From: Eremomyces bilateralis CBS 781.70
Taxonomy: Eukaryota
DNA length: 64,000 bases
Assembly (NCBI GenBank): GCA_010015585.1
Contig: ML975152.1
Reading direction: 5' to 3' (one strand)
Position numbers and translations under genes: made by a program. Each line of letters opens with the position of its first letter. The stretch's first letter is position 1. The notes beneath the pieces were generated by a model. That model saw nothing but the letters and a program-made list of their open reading frames with translations, searched no databases and had not been told where the DNA came from. Of the stretch, positions 48,121-60,150 are shown in pieces.

Positions 48121-51100
48121 TGTACAAATATATTCGTTTGTGCCGTCACCAAGACGTGGAATGTGGGCAATCAATAATGACGGTAGGTACTTGCAGCAGG
48201 AGGAGGGGCAGTGAATTCGACACCGTTGGTTAGCGAATGAGGGTCGCCGCGATTCGAATGGAGAGTCGGAATGGCCGTGCACTTGCTGCAAGCTTTCTCT
48301 ATCCAAGGTACGTGTGGTTGTGGACAAACGTTATACGTAACACTGATCAAAAGGTGGGACTGAGGGTCGATAAGTCAATTCCTCCCAGGACGATGTGGGG
48401 TAATAGAGCTAGTGGGATTTCGACAGTCGAGGCCTTGGATTTGCGGGAGGCATGCAACAAGATGGAAGGGTTAGACCGTTAGAAACATGATGGGGAAGTC
48501 GGAGGAATCCAAGGCCAAAAGATGAAAAGAACGCAAACGAACGGGGAATTCGCGTCCATTAAATTCGAAGCATCACGCATACGGAGGGGGCGGAAGCAGA
48601 CTTTCCAATGAGCTGCCAGCGCCGATGCTCCGCCTGTGGTGGGTAATCGCTTTGTCGTGCATGTGCAATCGTGCGTTGTGGTGAATTGGATCCAGCTGGA
48701 TGAAGCAAGTCGATTGCTTAGCCTCAAATGACGGACCATGAAAGCCAGATGTCGGAAATATATCACGGATAGGAGCAATTAATTCGTAAGGTGGAACTAG
48801 TCGAGCCTTGCTTGATTGCTTGATTGCGTCGTAAGGTATCAATTTTAGAACCAGCTGAGGCTCCAAGCAATCCTTTTATTTCAGTTTCTAATTCAGCACA
48901 GCAGGGAACCTAACACGCCGCAGCCACCTTCCCAAATGTATCGGTCCTTCGGTTGACAGCTAATAATATTGTTTTGGAGCCATGGGAATGAGGCGGATGG
49001 ACTTCCGAGTCGAGCTGTGCCACAGCTGATTATAGTTCAACCATTGGGAGACAGTACCTACCATGGACTGTAATTGCAGTATACATCTTTATTGTGTGCC
49101 TTCTTTAGCAACAAATGTAAGCAGAATGATGGGGTTCTGAGGATGTGTTGTCGCCGGGAACGTCAACGTCACTCTCTCCACAGACCCCTCACCTCACTGC
49201 TCAGTCTGGATGTGCTCAATGCTATCCCATGGATGATCCACAAAAGCCGGTGGAAGATGATTATGTGGTTCTGACGTCTTGCCAACCCGGATTACGTCCT
49301 TCTTACAGAGCCTCAATCGGATTGACTGGTTGTTGATGTATGTGCTCTGCCCTGGAAGAGTGTATTCGAATCGTCGAAATATCCAGCTTTCTGGGCGAGG
49401 CGTGCTTGTACAACGTCCAGAGCGTTTCACCGAGGGTGGCTGAATCCACAGATAACCTTGCAATCCAGCATCGATGTTTGATGGATAAAGTATGATCGAC
49501 ACCAGCCGGTAGTTGACGTCCGACAGAGTGATAGGGGAACACGCCCGAACACCACAGTTCCAAGCTGGAAAGAAGGTGTAGACTCGAGCATGAAGAAATA
49601 GGAGTGCGGTTCTGGGAGTGGATGAATGTATTGAGTGACGAGAATGCGTCGGCGTTTGTGCCACATATGGCCTGATATTACCAAACCGACATATAGGAAA
49701 TTAAAACCAGGTCGGGATTTAGAGGAAGTCAGTGGAGGATTAGTAATTACGCGCGAGAACGAGCAGCTGAATGGTGTAACCGTTCGGCGAATGATGAAGC
49801 GGTCAGATCGGAGGGTTTTGTCTTCAGGCGACATACATGGATCAGACCCTGAGATCTATATCTATTCCCGCCATCGGCCATTGTCAGATATTCTTGACTC
49901 GGAAGTCCACATCCTCAGCTCAGCGTTGCGTACCGGACGGACATGTGGTTGTTCCACAGATCGAAGGTCGGGCATGCAAGATGCGCTGCGAAGAAGTGAA
50001 TATGGACGAGAATCTCGAAAACTGGGAGTTGGGGGAGCAAGAACGAAAGTTGGTAGCGGCATCAACAGAAAAGGTTATAGTTAGAAGTCCCGTATTGGCG
50101 ACATTAGACAATCTGAGTATTACGCCAAGCGACATTGCAGTGTGGTCCTGTGGATATGTTGGAATATTACTCTGGCAAATGAAGTAGGTGAAGTGATTGA
50201 ATGCGGATGGCTACAAGAACGTCGCTGCTTGGATCCTTATCAACCCAGTCTGCTGCGACCTAGGGGATGTTTGTCGATCTGAACGATACACCTCGTGCTT
50301 CAATCCCTGATTTACTGAGTACTGCGTGCGTGAGGACTGAGGAGATACGCATATCCGAGCGACCTAAATCAGGAACAGGTCTGAAGCCGGGACAAAATTT
50401 GCGAGATGTTGTCGCGGACAAGGGTTAGTTATCGTAATTGATCATTCGTATCAAACCGAGACTGTCGCAGACCAGGCCAGACAGTCAGACAGCAGGATGA
50501 CATGTTCCGGCGCGGTCGGCGAGTAAGAGACCTTTGGAGATTGGAGATTGGAGATTTAATCGGATGCTAAATTGCGAATGGAGAAGGTCCAGAAGGGATG
50601 CTAGTGTCGTTGGGCGGTGATGAAAGCCGATCATAGGGTAATATTGGGACTAGGCGACTAGGGGAGAGCGGACTGGAGTGATTCATGTTAAAGGATAGCG
50701 AAATCTTAATTGAGATTGACGGGGTTGTTTAAGTGGTGGGATGCGTGGGTTCGCGAGCGGGCAATTGTCGCATCACGAACGAATCTTGAATCCCTCCGCT
50801 GATGCATGACACAGTTGACACTCATGCGTCTGAATCCTGATGTGGGGCGTTCAAATTGCTCCGTGTTCGAGAAGCTTTGAAGGCTGGAGCGGCCGTGGGT
50901 GGAATTGACCGATCCTCCGAATCAAAAGAGAAGATGGCTGAGATGCGAGGTCCTACCTCTGAATCTGTGATGTAGTCGAAACCTGAGGCGGAGGTGATTG
51001 CAGAGACGTCGGTCACTTGGTGAAAGGGAGGCTGTGTCTCTCACTGCTTGGTTTTAGCCGCAGCGATGGCACTGTGATAATAGTGAATAAGAGAGTAGAC

Positions 51101-52554
51101 GGAGCATGAGGACTGCGACGGGTCAGTTGTTACTGGGGAGTGGTGCCGACTGGTGGAAGGGTATTGTCAAAACTCAAAACTCAAAACTCGTATCCTAGTA
51201 ATTATTCTGAAATTAGCGGTGACCACGGGCGGGAACTTGATATTGCTAATTGGTGAAGTTGATGATAAGCTTTATGTGAAGCAGGACCTGAGGAACTAGG
51301 AATGAGGAACTAGGAAGATGTGGTCTGTGGTGTGGTCACTCGTCACTGGTCAGTGCCCAGTAGGTGGAGGTTCTAGCGTTCTGATGTCTAAGCTGCATTT
51401 TGGGAATTCTGGAATTGAGAATGGCTGGCCTGTGGGGGCGGGGGGCGGACTGGGTGACTGGCCGATTGGGAGGGTTCAAGCGCCCGAACATGCCGAACGA
51501 CCGCTGAACCACACTGAGTGTCTGCCGGTGTCCGTAGGCCCTGGGCCCCTAAATCACCCCCTATCTTAGGCTCCGCGGGCAGCCGGACGGAGGGGAATAG
51601 GCTCTCAGGCCTCCCAACTTCGCTCTTCCAGCTCATTCAACCCGTAGAAATATTCCCTAAATACTGCCAGTTGGTTCCGGTACTTATGGTAGGTACAGAA
51701 AGTTTATTACGGGAGACCGTATTTCCCCTGCAGTAGCCACCCGGTAGAGCGGCATAATACTGGCAATTGGCATCAATTATTCATTTACCGATCGCGGTTC
51801 ACCCCCCCTTCAGTCAGTTCGGCTCCGCTGCAAGTGGTCCTCTTCTTCGGGAATTTACATCTCTCACAGCATCCATCCCATCATCTGAATAGGAAGTGAA
51901 TTCACATCATTTGTCGCTCTGACTCCCTTTCTTCTTCCCACCTCTCTGGTTCTACATTTCAGTTCCCACCCTCCCCCAAACCAACCCCAAGTGTCCCAAG
52001 CCCCGACTACACTGTCACGGTTCAGGCACTACCCCAGTCGCAACGATCCCCTCCACAGCACTGCCTAGGACTCTGAGCACTAAACTCGCTCGGTTTGCGT
52101 GATTGCGTCGTCGCACTGCAGCCCTTCTGCCAGCCACAGTCGCTTTGGGACGCTCGTCGACCGGTAGCTATCCTCTTCCTGATCTCACCTACATCGATCC
52201 ACGGGCGAGACTTGGTTATTCGAACCGTTCTCGACTCTCTCGAGGGGCAGCTATTGTCGAACGTCCCGCCGAATTTCCCTTGCGCTGGACTAGATCAGTG
52301 CCTCACAGTCTGACCACAGGAGTAGTTAGTGCGTCTGTCCCACTACCCACACCACCTCCGGATTTGCAATCCACCTGTCCATCATCCCCCCTACGTCGTC
52401 CTCCAACCAATCGCGCCGCTTCGGCGCTTCACTACTCAACCGTCCTCGACCACCCTTCGTCGTCGAGCGAATTGTTTTCCTTTTCCCACATCTTCACTCC
52501 TAGGACCGCCTGTCCGACTCTCTCAACGCCAGTATCTACCTTTTTCTGAAACAG

Positions 52555-52811
52555 GTGAGTTCCCAATCCTTCTCTTCCTCCGGCTGGGTGGTTCCTCCGA
52601 ACCTCGCGACGATCATTCCCCAACCGGTCGCTTCGCAGCCCGTCCCAGCCTTACTCCCCGACGCCGCGCAAATCGTCTCAAATGACGGTCAGGCGAGCCA
52701 AGGGCCGTCGAATTCATCTCTCCCATACTCCGAACCATCGTTCATCATTCATCGTCGTTGGAGCTGGAGCTTGGAATTGTTGAAAGCTGACGCGCAACCC
52801 CTTTACCACAG
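52555..52811 (+). other. Predicted 5'-UTR intron of the G-alpha gene
   Basis: Consensus donor CAG|GTGAGT, branch GCTGAC (52786-52791) and acceptor TTTACCACAG, ending 104 nt before the ATG. Confidence 0.65.
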
Positions 52812-52915
52812 TCACCCTCGAAGGCCCCATCGACGTACGAAGTTAATCTTGTGCTTCACGAACCGAGCCTCACTCCAACTATCTAAGTCGAGGCGAATAC
52901 ATACAGACAGCCAGC

Positions 52916-54224
52916 ATGGGTTGTGGAATGAGCACCGAGGAGAAGGAGGGGAGAGCCAGGAATGAGGAGATCGAAAACCAGCTAAAGAAAGACCGGATGA
53001 TGCAGCGAAATGAAATCAAGGTGCTCTTGCTCGGTACGCGCCTTACGACCATCGTATACCAGCACACCATCCGACTAACCGGACTTTAGGTGCCGGAGAG
53101 TCGGGCAAGTCGACCATTCTCAAGCAGATGAAGCTCATCCACGAAGGTGGCTACTCGAGGGATGAGCGGGAGTCGTTCAAGGAAATCATCTTCAGCAATA
53201 CCGTCCAATCAATGCGGGTCATCTTGGAAGCGATGGAATCATTGGAACTCCCGCTCGACGACAGCCGTGCCGAGTACCATGTCCAGACAATCTTCATGCA
53301 GCCCTCGCAGATTGAGGGCGACCGGCTTCCCCCGGAGGTTGGTCTGGCTATCAAGGTGCTCTGGAACGACCCTGGTGTTTCACAATGCTTTCAGCGATCA
53401 CGAGAATATCAGCTCAATGACTCGGCCAAATAGTGAGTCCCCATTACACCAGTTGAAAATCGACTTGGTACTCGCATGAGAGGACTGCATATGCTAATTC
53501 ATGTACTTTCAGCTACTTCGACTCGATCGACCGCATCGCCGCTCCCGATTATATTCCCAACGACCAGGACGTCCTGCGATCGCGTGTGAAGACCACCGGT
53601 ATCACCGAAACCACGTTCATCATCGGCGATCTCACCTACCGCATGTTCGACGTTGGTGGCCAACGTTCCGAACGAAAGAAGTGGATCCATTGCTTCGAGA
53701 ACGTGACGACCATCCTCTTCCTCGTTGCCATCTCAGAATACGACCAGCTGTTGTTCGAAGATGAGACGGTCAACCGTATGCAGGAAGCGCTGACGCTGTT
53801 CGACTCCATCTGTAACTCGAGATGGTTTGTCAAGACGTCCATCATCTTGTTCTTGAACAAAATCGATCGGTTTAAAGAGAAGCTACCGTCGAGCCCGATG
53901 AAGAACTACTTCCCGGATTACGAAGGTGGGCTCCAAACATGATGCTTTTCTCCCCGAAGGCAAGCAAGACTGACTCTCTATAGGTGGTGCCGACTACAGT
54001 GCGGCTTGCGATTATATCCTCAACCGATTTGTCTCTCTGAACCAGCATGAGACCAAGCAAATCTACACTCACTTCACCTGCGCTACCGACACCATGCAGA
54101 TCCGATTCGTCATGGCTGCTGTCAATGGTATGTTCGACCCCGTGTCCCCCAATCCATCCATCTCTAACAATATCAAACAGACATCATCATCCAAGAGAAT
54201 CTCCGCATGTGCGGCTTAATATAA
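52916..54224 (+). CDS. fadA: Heterotrimeric G-protein alpha subunit, fungal group I (FadA/GNA-1 type), four coding introns
   Basis: MGCGMS myristoylation start, [49 protein letters not shown] and C-terminus ENLRMCGLI*. Confidence 0.97.
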
Positions 54225-55589
54225 AGCCCACCGCCCACCGTCCTTCCACTCGCGGACCTACACTTCCCCAAACCATACCCACCACGGGGATATATTGGAA
54301 TGCAGTCTTGTTGGGCGGGGCGGCAGTGACCGCAGCATCGGACATAACGATACCAAAGTGCAGATCCACATGTTTTTTGCAATCGGCGTTTCATTTCCTT
54401 TTTCCCTGAGAACAATGCACGAGAACTCTTTTTTAATCATTCGATGGATGGACGACGAAGGATCACTGCAAAGGCATTCGTGCCATCCGGACCGTTTATC
54501 TGGATGGGTGGGAGGACAGACTTTCGGAACGTCGGCGTGACGTCGAGAGATACCCTCGGGGAACCTTATTTGACTCCCTCCTGTCTACCTGCCATCGAAT
54601 CGACACTCTTTCTTCCCTTCGGCCGGATTCAACCACGCTATTCTCTCACATTCGTCCCCCAATTCGGTCCCATTGATCAATCAGCGTGGGTGGTTCGTGG
54701 ATTTTGGTTGCCCTCCTTTCTTGCGATTTCCCTGGCCTGTATGCTTAAAGGATGGAGTACCTTTGCCTCGTTATTTTGCACGGCGGACGTCGAGAAGCGC
54801 GGAGGATGAAAGAAGGACGAGGAGGGCTTCGGGGATACAATGGTGGAAGCCTTACGGTAGTTGCGATGCTTTTCTCGATGGGGGTGCTCGTTGGTTACGA
54901 TAATATCTGATGGGGCGTTTTTTCCACCTTTTCGCCGTTGTGGAGGAGTGCGAGGTGCATGGTCTTAGTGCAGATGCTACTCTGGATTGTCCAAGCGCTG
55001 TGTGGAATAGATGCAGATAAGGAGAATCGCATGGCTACTTTCATAACCAAGACCTTCCATCTGCAACTTGCTGTGAGTGATCGCACATACCTACGGCACC
55101 TATCGTATTCTGTACAGGTATTCGAATCTTCCTCGAAGGAATTGATTTGCTCAACGCTGTCATTCTGCCTTGCATGTCGCGGAAACCAAGAGCAGCCCTG
55201 GTAATCTGACTAACTTAACATGTACCTCAACTGAAAACCCCGACGTTCCTCTGCCAGCTACAGAACACTTCTTGGGCAAGGTTATGGTGATTCCGGCCGA
55301 GGAGTTGCGGCTTGGGCAGCTCAGCAACTGAGCCAGACATGATCTGATATTGAAATGGCTGGTGCAGGGATGAAGCTATGTCACTAACCTGATCCAGACT
55401 AGTGCATATAATTTTCGAGCCTTAGAGGTTCCTCAAAGTTTCTTGCACACCAGTTACACTTCGGAGTTTTCGTTAACGGGAGTACCAAAAAGTCCTCGAG
55501 TGCACTACATCCCGAAATTCCCACGACCTGTTCAGAAACCAACCCCTCCCATCGTCCGGAATAATCCAATCCGCCACACCTCCCACACA

Positions 55590-56400
55590 ATGGCGAAAGA
55601 CAGAACCGAAGATCCGGAGAAGAAGGAGAAGAAGAGCCGGAAGTCCATAGACGGCGTGTCCAAGTCGCACAAGAAGGAAAAGAAGGACAAGAAGGACAAG
55701 AAGGAGAAGAAGCAGAAGAACCGCGAGGAGCAGCCTACGTCGGATGCCGTCGCTGGTGCGGACGAAGATGTCGAGATGGGCGGCACCGGCGCTGCTGAGG
55801 TCGCGGTCAATGGCGAGGACGAGGTGGTAAAGCAGCTTGTGCCGTTCGCCGATCCGATGGCGACGGCGGAGGAGACCAAGAAGATCCTCGATGGCGTCAA
55901 ACGAGGTGAGTTGGACCTCTAATAAATTTTCCTACCGCGTTTCGACGGCAGCGCCTTTCGATGCGTAATATAACTAGGAGCTAACCATTTTCCATCCAGC
56001 CTCCCGCAACCGCGCCCTCCTCACCGGCATCAAGGAGACCCAAAAATCCCTCCGCCGCTCCTCCACCGCTGCGACGGCCGCGCCGCGCGGGATCCTCATC
56101 CTAGCCGCCGACACCTACCCGTGGGACATCATCTCGCACATGCCGGTGCTGTGCGAGGACCACAACACGCCGTACATCTTCGTGCGGAGCCGTGAGGAGC
56201 TGGGGCAGGCGGGTGGCAGTGTGCGGATGCAGACGAGCGCCATGATGGTGCTGGCGGAGAAGGGGGTGAAGAAGGCGGCGAAGGAGGGGGAGGCGGCGAA
56301 GGAGGCGGTGCCGGGGGAGCTGAGCGCGGAGGAGTATAAGAAGGCGTATGAGAAGCTGCTTAAGGTGGTGAACAAGGCGCAGGACCGGGTGAAGTTGTGA
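55590..56400 (+). CDS. NHP2: H/ACA snoRNP subunit Nhp2 (L7Ae family), divergent; intron 55906-55999
   Basis: Lys/Glu-rich N-terminus, LVPFADPMA, GIKETQKSLRRS and ILILAADTYPWDIISHMPVLCEDHNTPYIFVRSREELG. Confidence 0.85.
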
Positions 56401-56881
56401 GGTTGGGGAAGAGAGAAGTATAATTTCTCGCATGCGATGGCTTGACTGGTTTCGGGGACCAGATCATGGAGTCTGGTGGAGTGGGCGTTTGCTGTATTTG
56501 GTTTCTTGGGTTGGCATGTCCTGACGGTCGTGGTTCTCAATTGGTCGGGTTCGGACTTCATATACAAGGGCAGCGTGCGTGTATATAAGACATACGCAGG
56601 AGCACCCCGATGCCAACAACGGTGAATGCGAGGCAGAGCCGTATGTATGGTATCTCAATAGGGTATCGTAACTACCTAACTCCGGATTCCACCCTATTCC
56701 ATCATCGCCTGTTTGAACGTTGGTACATGAGTCTCGTAGGGAATGATAGCCTGTTACCCCAATGCACCGTCCGAGCCTGGTGTCCGGCACCTGATATCCT
56801 GCCCCAATCCAACCGTAGAAGTAGGAAATAAGTGCACCTAGAAACCCAAGAAACGCCTGCAAGTTGACCATTCGCTTCGGC

Positions 56882-57917
56882 TCATCCGTATCCCATCATC
56901 TCTGCAAACGGTTTCCTCTGCCTCAACTCCTTCTCCAAACTTTCCACACTCCCCAAATGCCTTGCCAACAGCCTCTGTTTCTCGTCTCGCCCTCGCACTG
57001 CACCCTTTTTCACTTCTCTTTCTCGATGTCGTGTCAATTCCTCCTCCAACGCCGACGCATCTCCCAAAGCCATGCTCCATCGCTGCTGCGGCGCCTCCAC
57101 GTCGTTACCCTTATCCCGCCCCGCTCCCCTTCTATGCGCATGTGCTCCCGTGCCAGGTGCGGATTGAGCGGCTTTTACGGCACTCGGATTACTATGCTCA
57201 TCACTCGATTCGGGATTGGTGGTCGGATTAATTTCGTCGAGAAGGTAGAAGTAGAGGAATTCGGCGACGCACTTGCGGACGTGGGGAGATGTCGAACGGG
57301 ATTTGTAGAGGGATGCGGCGGTGGCGAGGCCGTCGGTGCGTTCGAAGGAGCGAGCAGCACGAGGTGAGTATAGGAGAGCGGACATCAAAACCTGAAGGGT
57401 GGTCGATTGGGTCGAAGCGGGGTTTAGAGGGTCGAGTAGATCAAGTAAAAGCTAAGGCGACTGTTAGCGGCTCCGTATGTCGCAGAGGGTTCGGCTTGCG
57501 TACGTTGAGATAGATCTCCTCCTCAAAGATGCTTCGACTAGGTGGATGAAGCAGCAAGCATCCTTGCAGGAGTGTCAACGATGAGAGGATCAACAAGTCC
57601 GTCTCGGCCGATGTTCCCATGCCTAATAACCGCTCAAGGCACGCGACCAGTCGTGTTGCAACATTCCATTCGAAACGCTCTTGAAGGCGGAAGAATGCCC
57701 GAAATGCCGGGTCACCACCTAAACTCACGAGGGACTTCTCGTGTGACGGAGCGTCGGAGGATGTGGGGACTGTCGGTCGTTTGCTTGGTGAGGAGGAGGA
57801 AGAGGGAGAGAGGCAGATTTGCTCGAGGAAGCCTTTGATCTGGCGCAATCCCTTCGATATCTTCTGGGCGTCTTTGGAGGAGATGTAGTTGAAGGCGGTG
57901 GAGAGGAGGGCCTCCAT
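56882..57917 (-). CDS. cdc14: Septation initiation network protein Cdc14 (S. pombe Cdc14/SepM type, not the phosphatase), one intron
   Basis: MEALLSTAFNYISS...KGLRQIKGFL, DPAFRAFFRLQERFEWNVATRL, LQGCLLLHPPSR, YLN-LLLDLLDP, RSFERTDGL, EFLYFYL and EKQRLLARHLGSVESL. Confidence 0.9.
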
Positions 57918-58228
57918 TCTTGCTATGAGAGAGCGTCTCGAGTATCGGAAATAGTGTCACTATGAATGTGTTGATTAATTCCTGAGATAGTTGTTCAACT
58001 TGTCATTTTGATAGATATGTTCAAGTGGGGACATGATCAATCTGCATTGACTGAACTGCATTAGGTTAATGTGAGAATTCCTTTACAGTTTACTTGATGG
58101 CTTTCTGTTGGCGAAGCCTGTTGCTAGGCAACGCAGATCACAGATGAAGGATGAGCCGATAAGGCATGGAGAGAGTCACGTGCCAAATACATGCCCAGGG
58201 CACGTGAAAATTGGATTATATAATCATT

Positions 58229-58393
58229 AATCTCATCGAATCTCATCGAATCCCATTGAATCTCTCCGAATTCAACCCGTTTTTGAGTGAGGGTAGACAT
58301 ATGTCTTACTAAGACATGAAATCACGTGAATGTTAACTTCGATGCTTGAGCGAATCTCACCGAATGCTAACCGTTTTTAGAGAGGGTCAATGT
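58229..58393. repeat. Short 10-mer array plus a ~93-bp tandem duplication whose second copy is split by the transposon (it continues at 60422-60452)
   Basis: AATCTCATCG x2 plus degenerate copies. The unit GAATCTC.CCGAAT...CCGTTTTT..GAGGGT...ATGTCTTACTAAGA...ATCA.GTGA starts at 58258 and 58352; ATGTCTTACTAAGA occurs at 58301 and 60422. Confidence 0.75.
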
Positions 58394-58899
58394 TACCTCA
58401 GCAAGCTCAGGCTATTTCTCAGGGGAGTCTAACCTTTTTTGTAAAAGGTCACGTTACTTTAACTACTCCTCTGGTAAATAGCCTGAGGATTCTGTCAATG
58501 ACGCGCACTGCTCTGCATAAATTTTGTATGTGGTTTGTATGTATCTCTGCGGATTTGACAAAATCACGATCCATTAATAACCACATCAAAACACGTCGTA
58601 TGTACTCCAAAATCTGATCGATTGTGTATTAAAGTATGCTCTATCTTGTAATTGATTTTTTTTTACATGTCCATGCTTGTGTCGGGTGAAAAACGCTAAT
58701 ATGTGATGAACTAGACCACACCGAAATCACCATCCAGCCATCGTTCCGGAACTTACGGTCGAATGAGCCTGGAAAACACCCATTGGATGTCATATAATGC
58801 CTTTCTCGGTCGGTATTCACACGAATATCTATTATTGAACACATTTTGTGTTCATATTTCCCATGCGAAGCAAGGCGAGCGTTCGAAACGGGCGACGAG

Positions 58900-59235
58900 A
58901 GACTGTGGACATCGCCGGAGATCTCGTCCACGATGCCTATAGCACTACGAGTATGCTAGCTATATAGCGGCTGGTCGAAATTGCAAGAGACGTGCCCGAG
59001 GAAGTGCAGAAGGTCATCATCCGAGCAGGCCTAGACCGCCATCTCTACCCATTCGAGCCTCGTTAGAAGCAGATAGATGTTATATGGCATTTAGTATTCA
59101 AGTAGGAGGACCTTCCTCTTGTAGCGAAGATATCTTTTGGTAAAAATGTCATATTCCAGGCAATGCTATTGCTTTGTCGCGGTGGCATCGGCTTCATCCT
59201 TATCCCTTTGGATCGAATTAGACAGGAGTATATGG
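58900..59235 (+). pseudogene. RecQ-like superfamily 2 helicase, N-terminal remnant
   Basis: Reads LYPFEPR*KQIDVIWHLVFK*EDLPLVAKISFGKNVIFQAMLLLCRGGIGFILIPLDRIRQE: Q-motif region, degenerate Walker A and motif Ia. Stops are TAG (59064, 59103), consistent with CAG>TAG. Confidence 0.78.
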
Positions 59236-59289
59236 ACGGACCGTCCCCTAGTTATAATCGGTCGACGTCTATACTAAGAGGCGATAAGG

Positions 59290-60150
59290 ATGCCTTTGTT
59301 TATTCTGCCACGGTTTCGAGATATCTGTGGGCCCTCTTGTAGCCTTTATAAACCCCAAGCTGGTGAAGAATATCGAGGACACGCCGTTTCACACCATTTG
59401 AATGCAGAAAGGCGTCAAATACGCGGGGAAACCTATTGCTCCCTTCCGACCCCCGAGAATAGCAGAGAATTAACGTGACTATCGCAATCCTGTGGTTAAA
59501 CTTAACAGGATCCCGTGGTAGTCGATCTTTTCTCATCTTAGGTGTCATAAGACTATTAAGCAATCTACATAGAAGAGGAGCACGAGTGCTAACTTGCTCG
59601 TATATCTGCCTAGACAGTATGTCGCCTAGTATACACTCGTAGTCCTCGATTTTCTAACCCTCTAACTGTTTCCCCCTCCCTACGCCGGTAGGTAAAGTCT
59701 TCTCCTAGATGCAGTCGACTTAGTAGGCACTAAACATATCTACGGCTTCTTCTAGTGCCTTCATTTCCTTCCTTAGACCCTTTATAGTGATAGTTCCTGC
59801 CGCACTAGACGCGGGATTCTTATAGTGCGTCTAAGACCTCTGGGCTCTGGCTAACCGTAGACAGCCTCAGCGAGCTATTTGGCTCGCGTGACAGAGCACT
59901 CTCTATAACCACCCAACCCTTAAGTCGTCGCGTAGATGTAGATAAATTCTCAAAATTTAATGCTCTTTTTCTTCATGAATTGACATATCTCATTTATTCT
60001 CTGTGCCTTACTGCGTCTTTGAGACCCTCTTACTTTCTGATGTGGTGCATTAGATGTGTTTGACGCAGCACTATGCTGAGGACTTGGAGCAAGTAGCAAA
60101 GTGGGCGAGTTCAACCGCGCGCTCTGACGACGCTGGTTTCAGGCCGACAC
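59290..60150 (-). pseudogene. Putative transposase N-terminal remnant with many stop codons
   Basis: Reads ...RINEICQFMKKKSIKF*EFIYIYA...KGLRKEMKALEE...STRAPLLCRLLNSLM...LCYSR...FLHSNGVKRRVLDILHQLGVYKGY. It resembles from memory the N-region of DUF6589/Academ-type transposases. Multiple TAG/TAA stops and at least one frameshift. Confidence 0.6.

Noticed and set aside
48200..51700. Short ORFs and small repeats (GGAGATT x3, CAAAACT x3, GAGGAACTAGGAA x2) in the PSD2/G-alpha gap
   Set aside because: No coding motifs or consistent exon structure; the repeats are ordinary microsatellite-scale slippage.
56882..57917. Cdc14 dual-specificity phosphatase
   Set aside because: No HCxxGxxR motif; the sequence matches the unrelated SIN component of the same name.
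58229..58393. CRISPR-like repeat array
   Set aside because: Eukaryotic context, degenerate adjacent repeats without unique spacers, and no cas genes.
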